NCBI GenBank assembly: GCA_965231135.1
Contig: OZ246419.1
Coordinates: 321,488-385,487, forward strand
Direction of reading: 5' to 3'
DNA length: 64,000 bases
From: an uncultured Gammaproteobacteria bacterium
Lineage (GTDB): Bacteria > Patescibacteriota > Microgenomatia > UBA8517
Below the pieces are notes generated by a model. That model worked only from the letters and a program-made list of their open reading frames with translations. It was not told the DNA's origin and ran no database searches. Shown here piece after piece: positions 38,212 through 47,465 of the stretch (positions within the stretch are counted from its first letter, which is position 1; every line of letters begins with the position of its first letter). Both the position numbers and the translations under genes were made by a program.

Positions 38212-39860
38212 TTAAAAAATACAAAAATTTAATTTTAGTTGCAATTATTGTTTTAGCTTTTGTACTTAGATTTTGGCAACTAAACAATTATCCAGCGCTT
38301 AATGCTGATGAAGCATCCAATGGATATGATGCGTATTCATTACTTCTTACAGGAAAAGATCAACATGGAAACAGTTGGCCAATTGATTTTCAATCATTTA
38401 ATGATTATAAACCTGGGCTTTATGTTTATTTAATAATGCCTTTTGTCAAGATATTGGGACTTAACGAATGGGCAGTAAGGATTCCTGGAGCTTTTGTTGG
38501 AGTAATTTCTGTTTATTTAATTTATTTACTAGTGAAAGAATTATTTAAAAGAGATGGTGTAGCTCTAGTTTCTGCTTTCTTTCTGTCGATTTCTCCGTGG
38601 CATATTCAGTTTTCAAGAGGCGGTTGGGAAGTAAATGTTGCAACATTTTTGATAACCGCTGGAGTTTTATTTTGGCTTAAATATTTTAATGGTAATCAAA
38701 GAAAACTCTGGCAATTAATTTTAAGTATAATTCTTTTTGTTTTATCAATGTACTGTTATCAGGCAACAAGAGTTGTGACGCCGCTTGTTGGAATTGGTTT
38801 GGTAGTTATTTATTGGAAACAAATTTGGAAAAATTTATCACATGTGATGACTGTGATTGTTTTGGGAATTGTTTTACTTTTGCCTCTTCTTTTAGATTTT
38901 ACACATGGAGGAGTTTTAAATAGAGCTGCAGGAGTTGGACTTTTTGCAGACCCAGGGCCCAGAAGCCGTGTTGAAGAACAACGAGGAGAACATGGAGCAG
39001 ACAGTAATAGTTTTATTGTCAAGGCGTTACATAATAAAGTTGTAAATTATACTCTTGCTTTTGCAGAAAACTGGATGAGTCATTTCCACGGCGAATTTTT
39101 ATTCCTTTCCGGAGATTCAGTGACGCGTAATAAAGTTCCTGAAACTGGAGAATTTTATTTAACTGATATTGTTTTTTTAACAATTGGTGGAGTAATTATC
39201 TTGCGAACTTTAAAGAAAAAGGAAACACAGATTCTAGTTATGTGGATTATTGTTGGGCCGATTGCTTCTGCTCTTACTTTTCAGGCACCGTCTGCGCTTC
39301 GGGCTGAAAATATTGTAATACCACTAGTAATTATCAGCGCTCAAGGCGCTATTGGCTTAGGTATTTACTTGTACAAATTACTGCAAAATAAAATCTTATT
39401 TAAGATTAGTATTTTATTTATATTCGCACTTGTGATTTGGGGATTTGCAAGATATGAACAGATGTATTGGAACCACATGAGTAAAGAATATCCTTACTCA
39501 TCTCAGTATGGAGTGAAAGAACTTGTGAGTTATATAGAGCAAAGTCAGGATAAATACTCTAAAATATTAGTCACAGACCGATATGATCAGCCGTATATTT
39601 TATTTTTATTCTATATGAAATATCCGCCGGCAAAGTTTCAACCACAAAGCACACTTGGGCCAAAGGACCAATATGGATTTTCGACAGTTAACCATTTTGA
39701 TAAATATTATTTTGCAAGTATTGATTTTGAAAAAGCAAAAACAGAAAATCCAAATAGTTTGATTGCAGGAACAGCTGACGAAATTCCAAAAGAAGCAAAT
39801 ATTGTAAAAGATGTTTATGGAACAAATGGATTTTTGTATTTTAGAGTGGTAGCTAATTAA
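38187..39860 (+). CDS. ArnT/PMT-like GT-C membrane glycosyltransferase, paralog family A
   Basis: 557 aa. ADEASNGYDAYSLLLTGKDQHGNSWPI...RIPGAFVG. Overlaps the previous gene by 25 nt. Confidence 0.75.
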   Translation: MEAFGSEMIKKYKNLILVAIIVLAFVLRFWQLNNYPALNADEASNGYDAYSLLLTGKDQHGNSWPIDFQSFNDYKPGLYVYLIMPFVKILGLNEWAVRIPGAFVGVISVYLIYLLVKELFKRDGVALVSAFFLSISPWHIQFSRGGWEVNVATFLITAGVLFWLKYFNGNQRKLWQLILSIILFVLSMYCYQATRVVTPLVGIGLVVIYWKQIWKNLSHVMTVIVLGIVLLLPLLLDFTHGGVLNRAAGVGLFADPGPRSRVEEQRGEHGADSNSFIVKALHNKVVNYTLAFAENWMSHFHGEFLFLSGDSVTRNKVPETGEFYLTDIVFLTIGGVIILRTLKKKETQILVMWIIVGPIASALTFQAPSALRAENIVIPLVIISAQGAIGLGIYLYKLLQNKILFKISILFIFALVIWGFARYEQMYWNHMSKEYPYSSQYGVKELVSYIEQSQDKYSKILVTDRYDQPYILFLFYMKYPPAKFQPQSTLGPKDQYGFSTVNHFDKYYFASIDFEKAKTENPNSLIAGTADEIPKEANIVKDVYGTNGFLYFRVVAN

Positions 39861-39861
39861 T

Positions 39862-40758
39862 ATGGATAAAATGAAATTAAGTGTTGTACTTGCTGTCAGA
39901 AATGAAGAGGCAAACTTGGCTAATTGCTTAGAATCTATAAAGGCAATTGCAGATGAGATTGTAATTGTTGATGAACATTCGACTGATAAAACTGTTGAAA
40001 TTGCCAAAAAATTTAAAGCACGAGTTTATGAAGAGCCTCACCATGAAATATTTCATATAACAAAGCAAAAAGCTTTAGATTATGCAAAAGGAGAATGGAT
40101 TTTGCAGCTTGATGCTGATGAAATAATAACTTCTGAACTTCGCGAAGAAATAGAAAAGATAATTAAAGCTGATAATTTGGAGTTAGATGAAAAAACTGAA
40201 GCAAAATTTAATGATCCTAAAAATAGTAAAAAAGCTAAATTATTTTTGAGACATCAACGTATACTTGAACAAAGAGATGGTTCAGTTGATGTAATGAACG
40301 GCGAAATTGCCGCATTTTTTATTCCTAGAGTAAATTTATTCCTCGGTAAGCCATTAATACATGCCGGAGTTTATCCAGATCCTGCGATTAGATTAGTAAG
40401 AAAAGGTAAGGCTCATTTTGGATTAAAGTCTGTTCATGACATAATGCAAATTGATGGGAGAGTTTCTTGGCTTTTTAATGATATGCTTCATAATGATTCT
40501 CCAACTTTGAATAAATATGTAATGAGGTTAAATCGTTATACAGATTTGCATGCAGAAGAATTAAAAGAAAAACATGCACCTAAAAATTTACTCTATTTGG
40601 CTTACTATTCTTTTTACAATTTCGTCATAAAGTTTTCAACTTTGTGGCTTCGCCATAAAGGATATGAGGATGGGATAAGAGGGTTTTTGTGGAGTATGTT
40701 TTCTGCTTGGCATTTTCCAATTGCCTATTTTAAATATTGGACTGGAGATAATTTATGA
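39862..40758 (+). CDS. GT2 glycosyltransferase (KdtX/WaaE-like subgroup)
   Basis: 298 aa. LSVVLAVRNEEANLANCLESIKAIADEIVIVDEHSTD...QLDADE. Confidence 0.8.
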   Translation: MDKMKLSVVLAVRNEEANLANCLESIKAIADEIVIVDEHSTDKTVEIAKKFKARVYEEPHHEIFHITKQKALDYAKGEWILQLDADEIITSELREEIEKIIKADNLELDEKTEAKFNDPKNSKKAKLFLRHQRILEQRDGSVDVMNGEIAAFFIPRVNLFLGKPLIHAGVYPDPAIRLVRKGKAHFGLKSVHDIMQIDGRVSWLFNDMLHNDSPTLNKYVMRLNRYTDLHAEELKEKHAPKNLLYLAYYSFYNFVIKFSTLWLRHKGYEDGIRGFLWSMFSAWHFPIAYFKYWTGDNL

Positions 40759-41768
40759 GGGTAGCGATTGACAGTGGACCACTAACTGGAGGAGATGCAA
40801 TTCGAGGAATTGGATTTCATACAAAAGAATTATTAAAGGAATTGGAAAAATTACAGAACAAAGATTTTCAAATTGAAGCGGTGGATTTTAAAAATGCAGA
40901 TTTAAGTAAATATGATGTTATTCATTACCCATATTTTATTCCACATGCTTTGACACTTCCGTTTGTTAAGCCATCTAAAAAAGTTATTGTTACAATACAT
41001 GATTTAATTAGGTTAATTTATCCTGAAAACTATCCACCTGGAATTAAAGGGCAACTAAAATTTTTAATTCAAAAATTTAATTTAAGAAATGTGGATTCAA
41101 TAATTACAATTTCGGAAACTTCAAAAAAAGATATTGTTAGATTTTTGAATATTAATCCAGAAAAAATTTTTGTGACATATCTTGCGCCACAAACAAAAAT
41201 GAAAACTAAATCAGAACAAAAATTGAATTTACCAAAGGATTTTGTTTTATATGTAGGGGATGTTAATTTTAATAAAAATTTATTAAATCTCGCAAAGGCT
41301 ATTAAAATTGCAAAACTCAAATTAGTTATCGTTGGAAAGCAGGCTGTTAATGAGAATGTAGATGACAATATTGAAAATAAACCTTGGAGAGAATTCTTGA
41401 GATTATATAAAAATGACCCAGATATTATTCGATTAGGATTTGTTGAAGATCTGGATGATGTATTTAAAAAAGCGACGCTTTATTGTCAGCCCTCTTTTTA
41501 TGAAGGATTTGGACTTCCTATTTTGGAGGCGTTTGAGAGAAATGTTCCAGTTGTTGCGAGTAGAACTCAAGCTTTAGTTGAAGTAGGCGATAATTCATGT
41601 GTCTATTTTGACCCAAAAAATCCGGATGATATAGCAGAAAAATTGTTAGAAGTTTTTAAAGATAAAAAACTTCAGGATGAGTTGATTAAAAAAGGAAGAA
41701 ACCGACTAAAAAAGTTTAGTTGGGAAAAATGTGCAAGAGCAACTCTTTCTGTTTATGAAACGATCTGA
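40755..41768 (+). CDS. GT4 glycosyltransferase
   Basis: 337 aa. C-terminal YEGFGLPILEAFERNVPVVAS (EX7E) motif. Confidence 0.85.
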   Translation: MRVAIDSGPLTGGDAIRGIGFHTKELLKELEKLQNKDFQIEAVDFKNADLSKYDVIHYPYFIPHALTLPFVKPSKKVIVTIHDLIRLIYPENYPPGIKGQLKFLIQKFNLRNVDSIITISETSKKDIVRFLNINPEKIFVTYLAPQTKMKTKSEQKLNLPKDFVLYVGDVNFNKNLLNLAKAIKIAKLKLVIVGKQAVNENVDDNIENKPWREFLRLYKNDPDIIRLGFVEDLDDVFKKATLYCQPSFYEGFGLPILEAFERNVPVVASRTQALVEVGDNSCVYFDPKNPDDIAEKLLEVFKDKKLQDELIKKGRNRLKKFSWEKCARATLSVYETI

Positions 41769-42891
41769 AATATTATTTATAATTTCTTCTTTTCTGGTTT
41801 GGAGAGTTTTTATTTTAGTAGTAGCAATCTTTTCTATTAAATATCTTCCACTTTTTAGCCAAAATTATTTTGGCGGTGGATATTCTAACTATATTTCCAA
41901 TCCAATTTTCTGGGGTCATGGAAATTTTGATGGCGAACATTATTTATCAATTGCTCAAAACGGTTATCAACCTCTTGAATACTTTTTCTTTCCTCTTTTT
42001 CCGTTACTAATTAGATTTTTAACAATTAGTAAGAGTTTAATTAATTTTGCTTGGACTGGAATTATAATTTCAAATTTATTTTTCTTAATTTCATTATTTT
42101 TTTTATACAAATTAGTAAAGATTGATTACTCAGATAAAATTGCAAAACCTGTAATGCTTTTGCTTTTACTTTTCCCGACATCTTTTTATTTTGGAAATAT
42201 ATATACAGAGAGCTTGTTTTTTTTGCTTGCTATCTTATCGTTTTATTTTGCGCGGAAGAAAAATTATTTAGTTGCAGCTTTCTTTGTAGCATTAGCGTCA
42301 GCAACAAGAGTTATTGGTATTTTTCTACTTCCAGTTATTTTTGTCGAATGGTTTTTTGAAAGAAGACACAATTATTTAGAATTCTTAGAAATATTAATTA
42401 TTTCTCCAATTGGGCTTCTTTATTATATGTATTTTTTATTGAAGGAAACTCACGACCCACTTATCTTTGTGCATCAGGTCTCTATTTTTGGACAACAGAG
42501 ATCTTCAAGTTTGGTAATTTTGCCACAAGTAATTTATAGATATATTTTTGAAATTTTTCCACATGTTTCTTACCTTTATTTTCCAAATGTTTTTACAACT
42601 TATTTGGAATTTAGTTTTGCAATTTTATTTTTAGCACTTATTATTTTTGGAGTTTTCAAACTTAGACTTTCGTATTCGCTTTATGCTGCAGTTGCTTTTA
42701 TTATTCCAACTTTGGCTGGAAGTTTTTCTTCAATGCCAAGATATATTTTAGTTATATTTCCTGTTTTTATTCTTGTTGGAGTTTATTTAGCCAAACTTCC
42801 TAAGATTTACACATATGTTTTGTTTTTTGTTATGATTGTTTTATTTGTTATTGCAGAGTCATTTTTTTGGAGAGGATACTGGGTTTCATGA
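41731..42891 (+). CDS. polytopic membrane protein, GT-C-like, PIG-V/Mannos_trans_2-like (paralog of 967-2136)
   Basis: 386 aa. HGNFDGEHYLSIAQNGYQPLEYFFFPLFPLLIRFL. About 9 TM helices. Confidence 0.55.
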   Translation: MQEQLFLFMKRSEILFIISSFLVWRVFILVVAIFSIKYLPLFSQNYFGGGYSNYISNPIFWGHGNFDGEHYLSIAQNGYQPLEYFFFPLFPLLIRFLTISKSLINFAWTGIIISNLFFLISLFFLYKLVKIDYSDKIAKPVMLLLLLFPTSFYFGNIYTESLFFLLAILSFYFARKKNYLVAAFFVALASATRVIGIFLLPVIFVEWFFERRHNYLEFLEILIISPIGLLYYMYFLLKETHDPLIFVHQVSIFGQQRSSSLVILPQVIYRYIFEIFPHVSYLYFPNVFTTYLEFSFAILFLALIIFGVFKLRLSYSLYAAVAFIIPTLAGSFSSMPRYILVIFPVFILVGVYLAKLPKIYTYVLFFVMIVLFVIAESFFWRGYWVS

Positions 42892-44144
42892 TAAATTTTA
42901 AAAAGATTTTGAAACATCCGCTTTTTTCAGGAAGCATTTTAATGATTGGTGGAAATATGTTTGCTAATGTTATCAACTATCTTTATCAGGTAATTATGAA
43001 AAGGAATCTTGGCCTGGTAGGTTATGGTGAACTTTCGAGTATTTTTGCTATTTTTTATATAGCAACTATTGTTCCTATTTCGGCAAGCCCTTCGATAATT
43101 AAGTTTATCTCATCAAGCAAAAATCGTAGCGAGTCGGTTTTTATTTATAAAAAAATAAACGAAGTTATTGTTAAAGTGTCTCTTGTTTTGGGGATTTTTG
43201 TCTTAATTTTGTCACCTTTTTTAGCAGATTTTTTACATGTGCATTTAACAAATGTTCTGATTATCGCTCCGGTCGTCTTTTTTAGTTTAATTACTGTTAC
43301 TAATCAATCTTTATTGCAGGGAGTTTTAAATTTTTGGGGAAATGTGGGACCAAATATATTATCCAGCGCCAGCAAACTTATTTTTGGAATTATTTTTGTA
43401 TTTATTGGCTGGAAAGTTTTTGGTGCGGTTGCCGGTGTTTTTTGTGGAACACTGCTTGCTTATTTATATTCTTATTATCTGGCAAAAGGTTTTTTAAAAA
43501 ATGTTAAAGCTAAGGGCAAATTTGATTTCAAAAAATTCCTGAAATACTCTTTGCCGGTACTCATTTTTTCGTTTGCATTTACTTCTTTTTTTACAATGGA
43601 TGTTGTTTTGGTCAAACATTTTTTTAGCGATTTGGATGCCGGAATATATGCAACTCTTTCAATACTTGGAAAAATAATTTATTTTGCAGCTAGCCCAATT
43701 GCAGGTGTAATGTTTCCTATTGTTGCTGGAAAACATTCAAAAGGAGAACGATATTTTGAATTACTTTTGATTTCGCTTTTGATCACAATTTTTATGTCAT
43801 TAGGAATCGTTGCTGTATATGCGCTTTTCCCACATTTCATAATTGGGTTTTTTGGAAGTGGTAGTAATCTGATTCCAGTTTATGATTTAATCTGGATGGG
43901 ACTTTTTATATGTTTTTATACAGTTTCTTTTTTTATGATGAATTTTTTTCTTTCGATTGATAAAACAAAACTGGTTATTTTGCCGTTAGTTTTTGCAACA
44001 TTGCAAATCGTTTTAATTTGCATGTTTCATTCAAGTTTACTAACTGTGATTCAGATTTCATTTTCGCTAATGTTAGTTATGTTTTTGATTTTATTTTCTT
44101 ATTTGGTTTACAATCGCTTTGAATATGCAAAAAAAAGAACTTAA
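42867..44144 (+). CDS. MOP-superfamily polysaccharide biosynthesis protein / Wzx-like flippase
   Basis: 425 aa with about 12 TM helices. Has a Polysacc_synt-like N-terminus (LFSGSILMIGGNMFANVINYLYQVIMKRNLG). Confidence 0.7.
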   Translation: MERILGFMINFKKILKHPLFSGSILMIGGNMFANVINYLYQVIMKRNLGLVGYGELSSIFAIFYIATIVPISASPSIIKFISSSKNRSESVFIYKKINEVIVKVSLVLGIFVLILSPFLADFLHVHLTNVLIIAPVVFFSLITVTNQSLLQGVLNFWGNVGPNILSSASKLIFGIIFVFIGWKVFGAVAGVFCGTLLAYLYSYYLAKGFLKNVKAKGKFDFKKFLKYSLPVLIFSFAFTSFFTMDVVLVKHFFSDLDAGIYATLSILGKIIYFAASPIAGVMFPIVAGKHSKGERYFELLLISLLITIFMSLGIVAVYALFPHFIIGFFGSGSNLIPVYDLIWMGLFICFYTVSFFMMNFFLSIDKTKLVILPLVFATLQIVLICMFHSSLLTVIQISFSLMLVMFLILFSYLVYNRFEYAKKRT

Positions 44145-44898
44145 TTTTTTATCGCTTGTGGTACCTGCTTATAAACAGGAAAAAACAATAAAAGATGATC
44201 TTGAAAATATAGATAAAACTTTGAATGATGGCCTTCCTGTTAATTTTGATTATGAGATTATTTGTGTGGTCGACGGGTTTTTAGATAAAACTTATGAAAA
44301 CGCTAAAAAGGTTAAATCAAAAAAAATTAAGGTTTTAGGCTATGAAAAAAATCAAGGGAAGGGCCATGCTGTGCGAATGGGAATGGGAATGGCGAAAGGT
44401 GATTTGATTTCATTTTTGGATGCCGGGCGAGACATTTCACCAAAGGGAATAATGATGCTTATTTCACACATGGAATGGTATTCTGCTGATATTATTGTTG
44501 GCAGCAAAAGACATCCTGTTTCGATGGTTAATTATCCATTTGTAAGAAGAATTTTAAGCGTTGGGTATCATGGTGGAGTTAAGATTTTATTTGGTCTTCC
44601 GCTTACAGATACACAATCCGGTTTAAAAATATTTAAGAAAGATGTTGTTGATGCAATTTTGCCGAGGCTTTTGGTGAAGCGCTATGCAATGGATATTGAG
44701 ATGCTTGCTGTCGCCAAATATTTAGGGTTTGATAGGATTTATGAAGCACCAATAGAAGTAAAATTTGACAAAAAGACAAGCAACGTGAAATGGACAACTG
44801 TTTTTAAGATGTTGCAAGATACTGCTGCGGTTTTTTATAGACTCAAAATTCTTCATTATTACGATGATGCAAACTGGAAAAATTGGATTAGCAACTAA
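44119..44898 (+). CDS. GT2 glycosyltransferase, Dpm1-like polyprenol-phosphate sugar synthase (soluble type)
   Basis: 259 aa. LSLVVPAYKQE, IICVVDG, FLDAGRD (DxD position) and TQSGLKIF motifs. No TM helix. Confidence 0.75.
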   Translation: MNMQKKELNFLSLVVPAYKQEKTIKDDLENIDKTLNDGLPVNFDYEIICVVDGFLDKTYENAKKVKSKKIKVLGYEKNQGKGHAVRMGMGMAKGDLISFLDAGRDISPKGIMMLISHMEWYSADIIVGSKRHPVSMVNYPFVRRILSVGYHGGVKILFGLPLTDTQSGLKIFKKDVVDAILPRLLVKRYAMDIEMLAVAKYLGFDRIYEAPIEVKFDKKTSNVKWTTVFKMLQDTAAVFYRLKILHYYDDANWKNWISN

Positions 44899-45752
44899 GA
44901 ATTCACAATATTTTTTATACTTTTGACAATTTTTGCGTGGGCTTCAATTAATTTTGAGGGTGTTGCAATGATACCTTTTTTTCCTAAAACTTTCATAATG
45001 CTATCTGCAGGAATTTCTGTTACCACTGGAATTTTTGTTTCTGATGTTTTCTCTAGTGTGGCTATATATTTGAGAATGGTTACAATATTTGTTTTATTAT
45101 CACCAGTATATAAATCTATTAATTCTGCCATTGAATCAAAAGCACCTTCAAAGTCTGATCTGCCCACTCCGAGGTGAATTTCATCTGTATATGGAAGTAA
45201 GGTGTCAATTATAGCTTTCCAGCCTTCCTGAGCGTGCGAACCGTTTTTAACTGAGAATCTTCTGATATTAAACAAATCTAAACAGATTTTATATCCTTCG
45301 GTTTTGCTTTTTCTAAAAAGGCAGAGATATTTTGTGTATTCCAAACCTGCATCAAGTCGGTATTGGGTTGAATAATTTTATTTTTGATATTATCGAATGC
45401 TAATGTTTTAGTCTCGGGGTAAACGATGGCTGGCATATTTGGTTTCATTTTTTGTAAAATTACAATGTCTTGAAGAGAATGATTGATCTCTCATTCCCAG
45501 AACACTGGGAAATTTTCCATTTCCCCAAGTTTGATGAGCTGAGTCTATATTGGTTATTTCTGTTGCATTGTTAAAGCGAAGTTGCCAACTTGGAATTTGG
45601 AATGCAAAATATTCGAGACGATCATAACCGGCGTCTATTGCAACTTTCGCATGAAGTTGGATTGGCCACGATGAGCCAAATAATCCCATGACAGCTGAAG
45701 GCTCTATTTGGACACTGTTTGTCATTTGATATCTAATTTTGCGTTCCATCAT
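44895..45752 (-). pseudogene. frameshift-split xylose-isomerase-like TIM-barrel sugar-phosphate isomerase/epimerase
   Basis: Two adjacent minus-strand ORFs (45408-45752 and 44895-45344) together span about 286 codons. The upstream piece has VAIDAGYDRLEYF...ITNIDSAH, then degenerates into non-protein-like sequence. The downstream piece has KICLDLFN...EIHLGVGRSDFEGAFDSMAELIDLYTGD, like the HxxD...idf...L...gYdG C-terminal half of AP_endonuc_2 proteins. Confidence 0.4.
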
Positions 45753-45792
45753 TTTGGAGATTATAACTTTTTTATTATAATTATCAAAACGT

Positions 45793-46914
45793 ATGAATAT
45801 TTTGGTTATGAGTTGGAGAGATCCTAAGCACCCTCTTGCTGGAGGAGCTGAACAAGTTGATCATGAGCATCACAAAGGATGGATCGCTGCAGGAAATAAA
45901 GTGACTCTTTTTTCTTCATCTTTTACTAATGCAAAGAAAATTGAAGAGATTGATGGCGTAAAAATAATTAGAAAAGGAAACCAGATTTTAGGAGTTCAAT
46001 TGCAAGCCTTATTTTGGTATTTATTTGAGAGAAAAGAAAAATTTGATTTAGTTGTTGATGAATTTCATGGAATTCCATTTTTTACGCCTTTGTATATTTG
46101 GGGGCCAAAAATGGCGGTTTTGCAGGAAGTTGCACGAGACGTGTGGTTAAAAAACGATCTTCATTATCCTCTCAATGTAATTGTGGGCAACATTGGTTAT
46201 TATTTTGAGCCACTTGTGTATTTGTTGTATAGGCAAATTATTTTTATGGTTGGATCGCAGTCAGCAAAAAAAGAATTACATGAGATGAAAATTTCTAACG
46301 AAAATATAAAAGTAGTTCCACATGGTGTTATTTTAGATTTACCAAAGAATAAACTCGAAAAAGAAAAAATAAAAACTGTAATTTTCCTTGGTGCTCTTGC
46401 TAAGGATAAAGGAATTGAAGATGCCATAAAAACGTTTGCAATTTTAAACAAAAAAAGCGATTACCAATTCTGGATTGTTGGTAAGGGGGGAGAAGATTAT
46501 TTAAGTTATCTTAAAGGTCTTTGTAAAAAATTAGCAATTGAGAATAAAGTTATTTTTTGGGGTTTTGTAAGTCAGAAGAAAAAATTTGAACTTTTAACAA
46601 GAGCTCATATTATGCTTAATCCATCTCTTTTAGAGGGGTTTGGACTAGTAAATATTGAGGCAAATGCATGTGCAACTCCGGTTGTGGCTTATAACTGTCC
46701 TGGGTTAGTTGATTCTGTAGAGAATAATCAAAGTGGGAAGATAATTGAAAAAAATATACCAGCCGAGATGGCGAAAGAAATTGATGGAATTTTAAAAAAT
46801 AAGAATGAGTATAAGAAACTACAAAATGGAGCATTAGAATGGAGCCAAAGATTTAGTTGGGAAGCTTCACGTAAATTAAGTCTTGATTTGGTAGAAAGTT
46901 TGGGAATAAAATAG
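45793..46914 (+). CDS. GT4 glycosyltransferase
   Basis: 373 aa. LEGFGLVNIEANACATPVVAYN (EX7E) motif. N-terminal GT-B domain. Confidence 0.85.
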   Translation: MNILVMSWRDPKHPLAGGAEQVDHEHHKGWIAAGNKVTLFSSSFTNAKKIEEIDGVKIIRKGNQILGVQLQALFWYLFERKEKFDLVVDEFHGIPFFTPLYIWGPKMAVLQEVARDVWLKNDLHYPLNVIVGNIGYYFEPLVYLLYRQIIFMVGSQSAKKELHEMKISNENIKVVPHGVILDLPKNKLEKEKIKTVIFLGALAKDKGIEDAIKTFAILNKKSDYQFWIVGKGGEDYLSYLKGLCKKLAIENKVIFWGFVSQKKKFELLTRAHIMLNPSLLEGFGLVNIEANACATPVVAYNCPGLVDSVENNQSGKIIEKNIPAEMAKEIDGILKNKNEYKKLQNGALEWSQRFSWEASRKLSLDLVESLGIK

Positions 46915-46922
46915 CTATTAAG

Positions 46923-47465
46923 ATGTTTAAGCGTCTTTTTATATTAATTTTGAGCCTTGTCTTTATAATTGGAGCTGGAAATGCTGTTTTTGCTAAAGCA
47001 ACCCCGAAGCCTACCTCTTCTCCTAAACCAACGGCAACTCCAGTTGATTCGTTTGCTCTTTTTTGGCCTATGTCTGCAGGTAAAACAATGCAAAGTAAAG
47101 TTTATTTTCTAAAAATTTTAAAGGAAGATGCTCGAGGATTTTTCATTTTTGGATCTGCACAAAAGGCTGATTACGATATTTTTTTGACAATAAAGCGAAT
47201 GCTTGAAGCGGAAGCGCTTATGGGAGGAAATGTTTCTGATTTAGCGAATAAAACATTAGATGCAGCTGGCAGTGATCTGGATAAAGTAAACAGTTCTTTA
47301 ACTGATGCTAAGAATTCTGGGGATATTGATCAGAATACAAAAAATGAGATTAATATCAGAACTACAAATTTAAAGGCTTTTACAAGTTCTTTGATGAATC
47401 AATATCCTGCATATAATGATAAATTACAAAGTATCCAAGATAAGCTAAACTCCATTAGTATTTAG
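46923..47465 (+). CDS. secreted protein with signal peptide and Pro/Thr/Ser-rich linker, unknown function
   Basis: 180 aa. N-terminal MFKRLFILILSLVFIIGAGNAVFA (signal peptide-like), then KATPKPTSSPKPTATP, then a mostly polar/helical domain. Confidence 0.55.
   Translation: MFKRLFILILSLVFIIGAGNAVFAKATPKPTSSPKPTATPVDSFALFWPMSAGKTMQSKVYFLKILKEDARGFFIFGSAQKADYDIFLTIKRMLEAEALMGGNVSDLANKTLDAAGSDLDKVNSSLTDAKNSGDIDQNTKNEINIRTTNLKAFTSSLMNQYPAYNDKLQSIQDKLNSISI

Noticed and set aside
46981-47040. Possible DNA tandem repeat in the region encoding ATPKPTSSPKPTATP
   Set aside because: At nucleotide level the units are not exact repeats. The periodicity is a protein-level Pro/Thr linker only.
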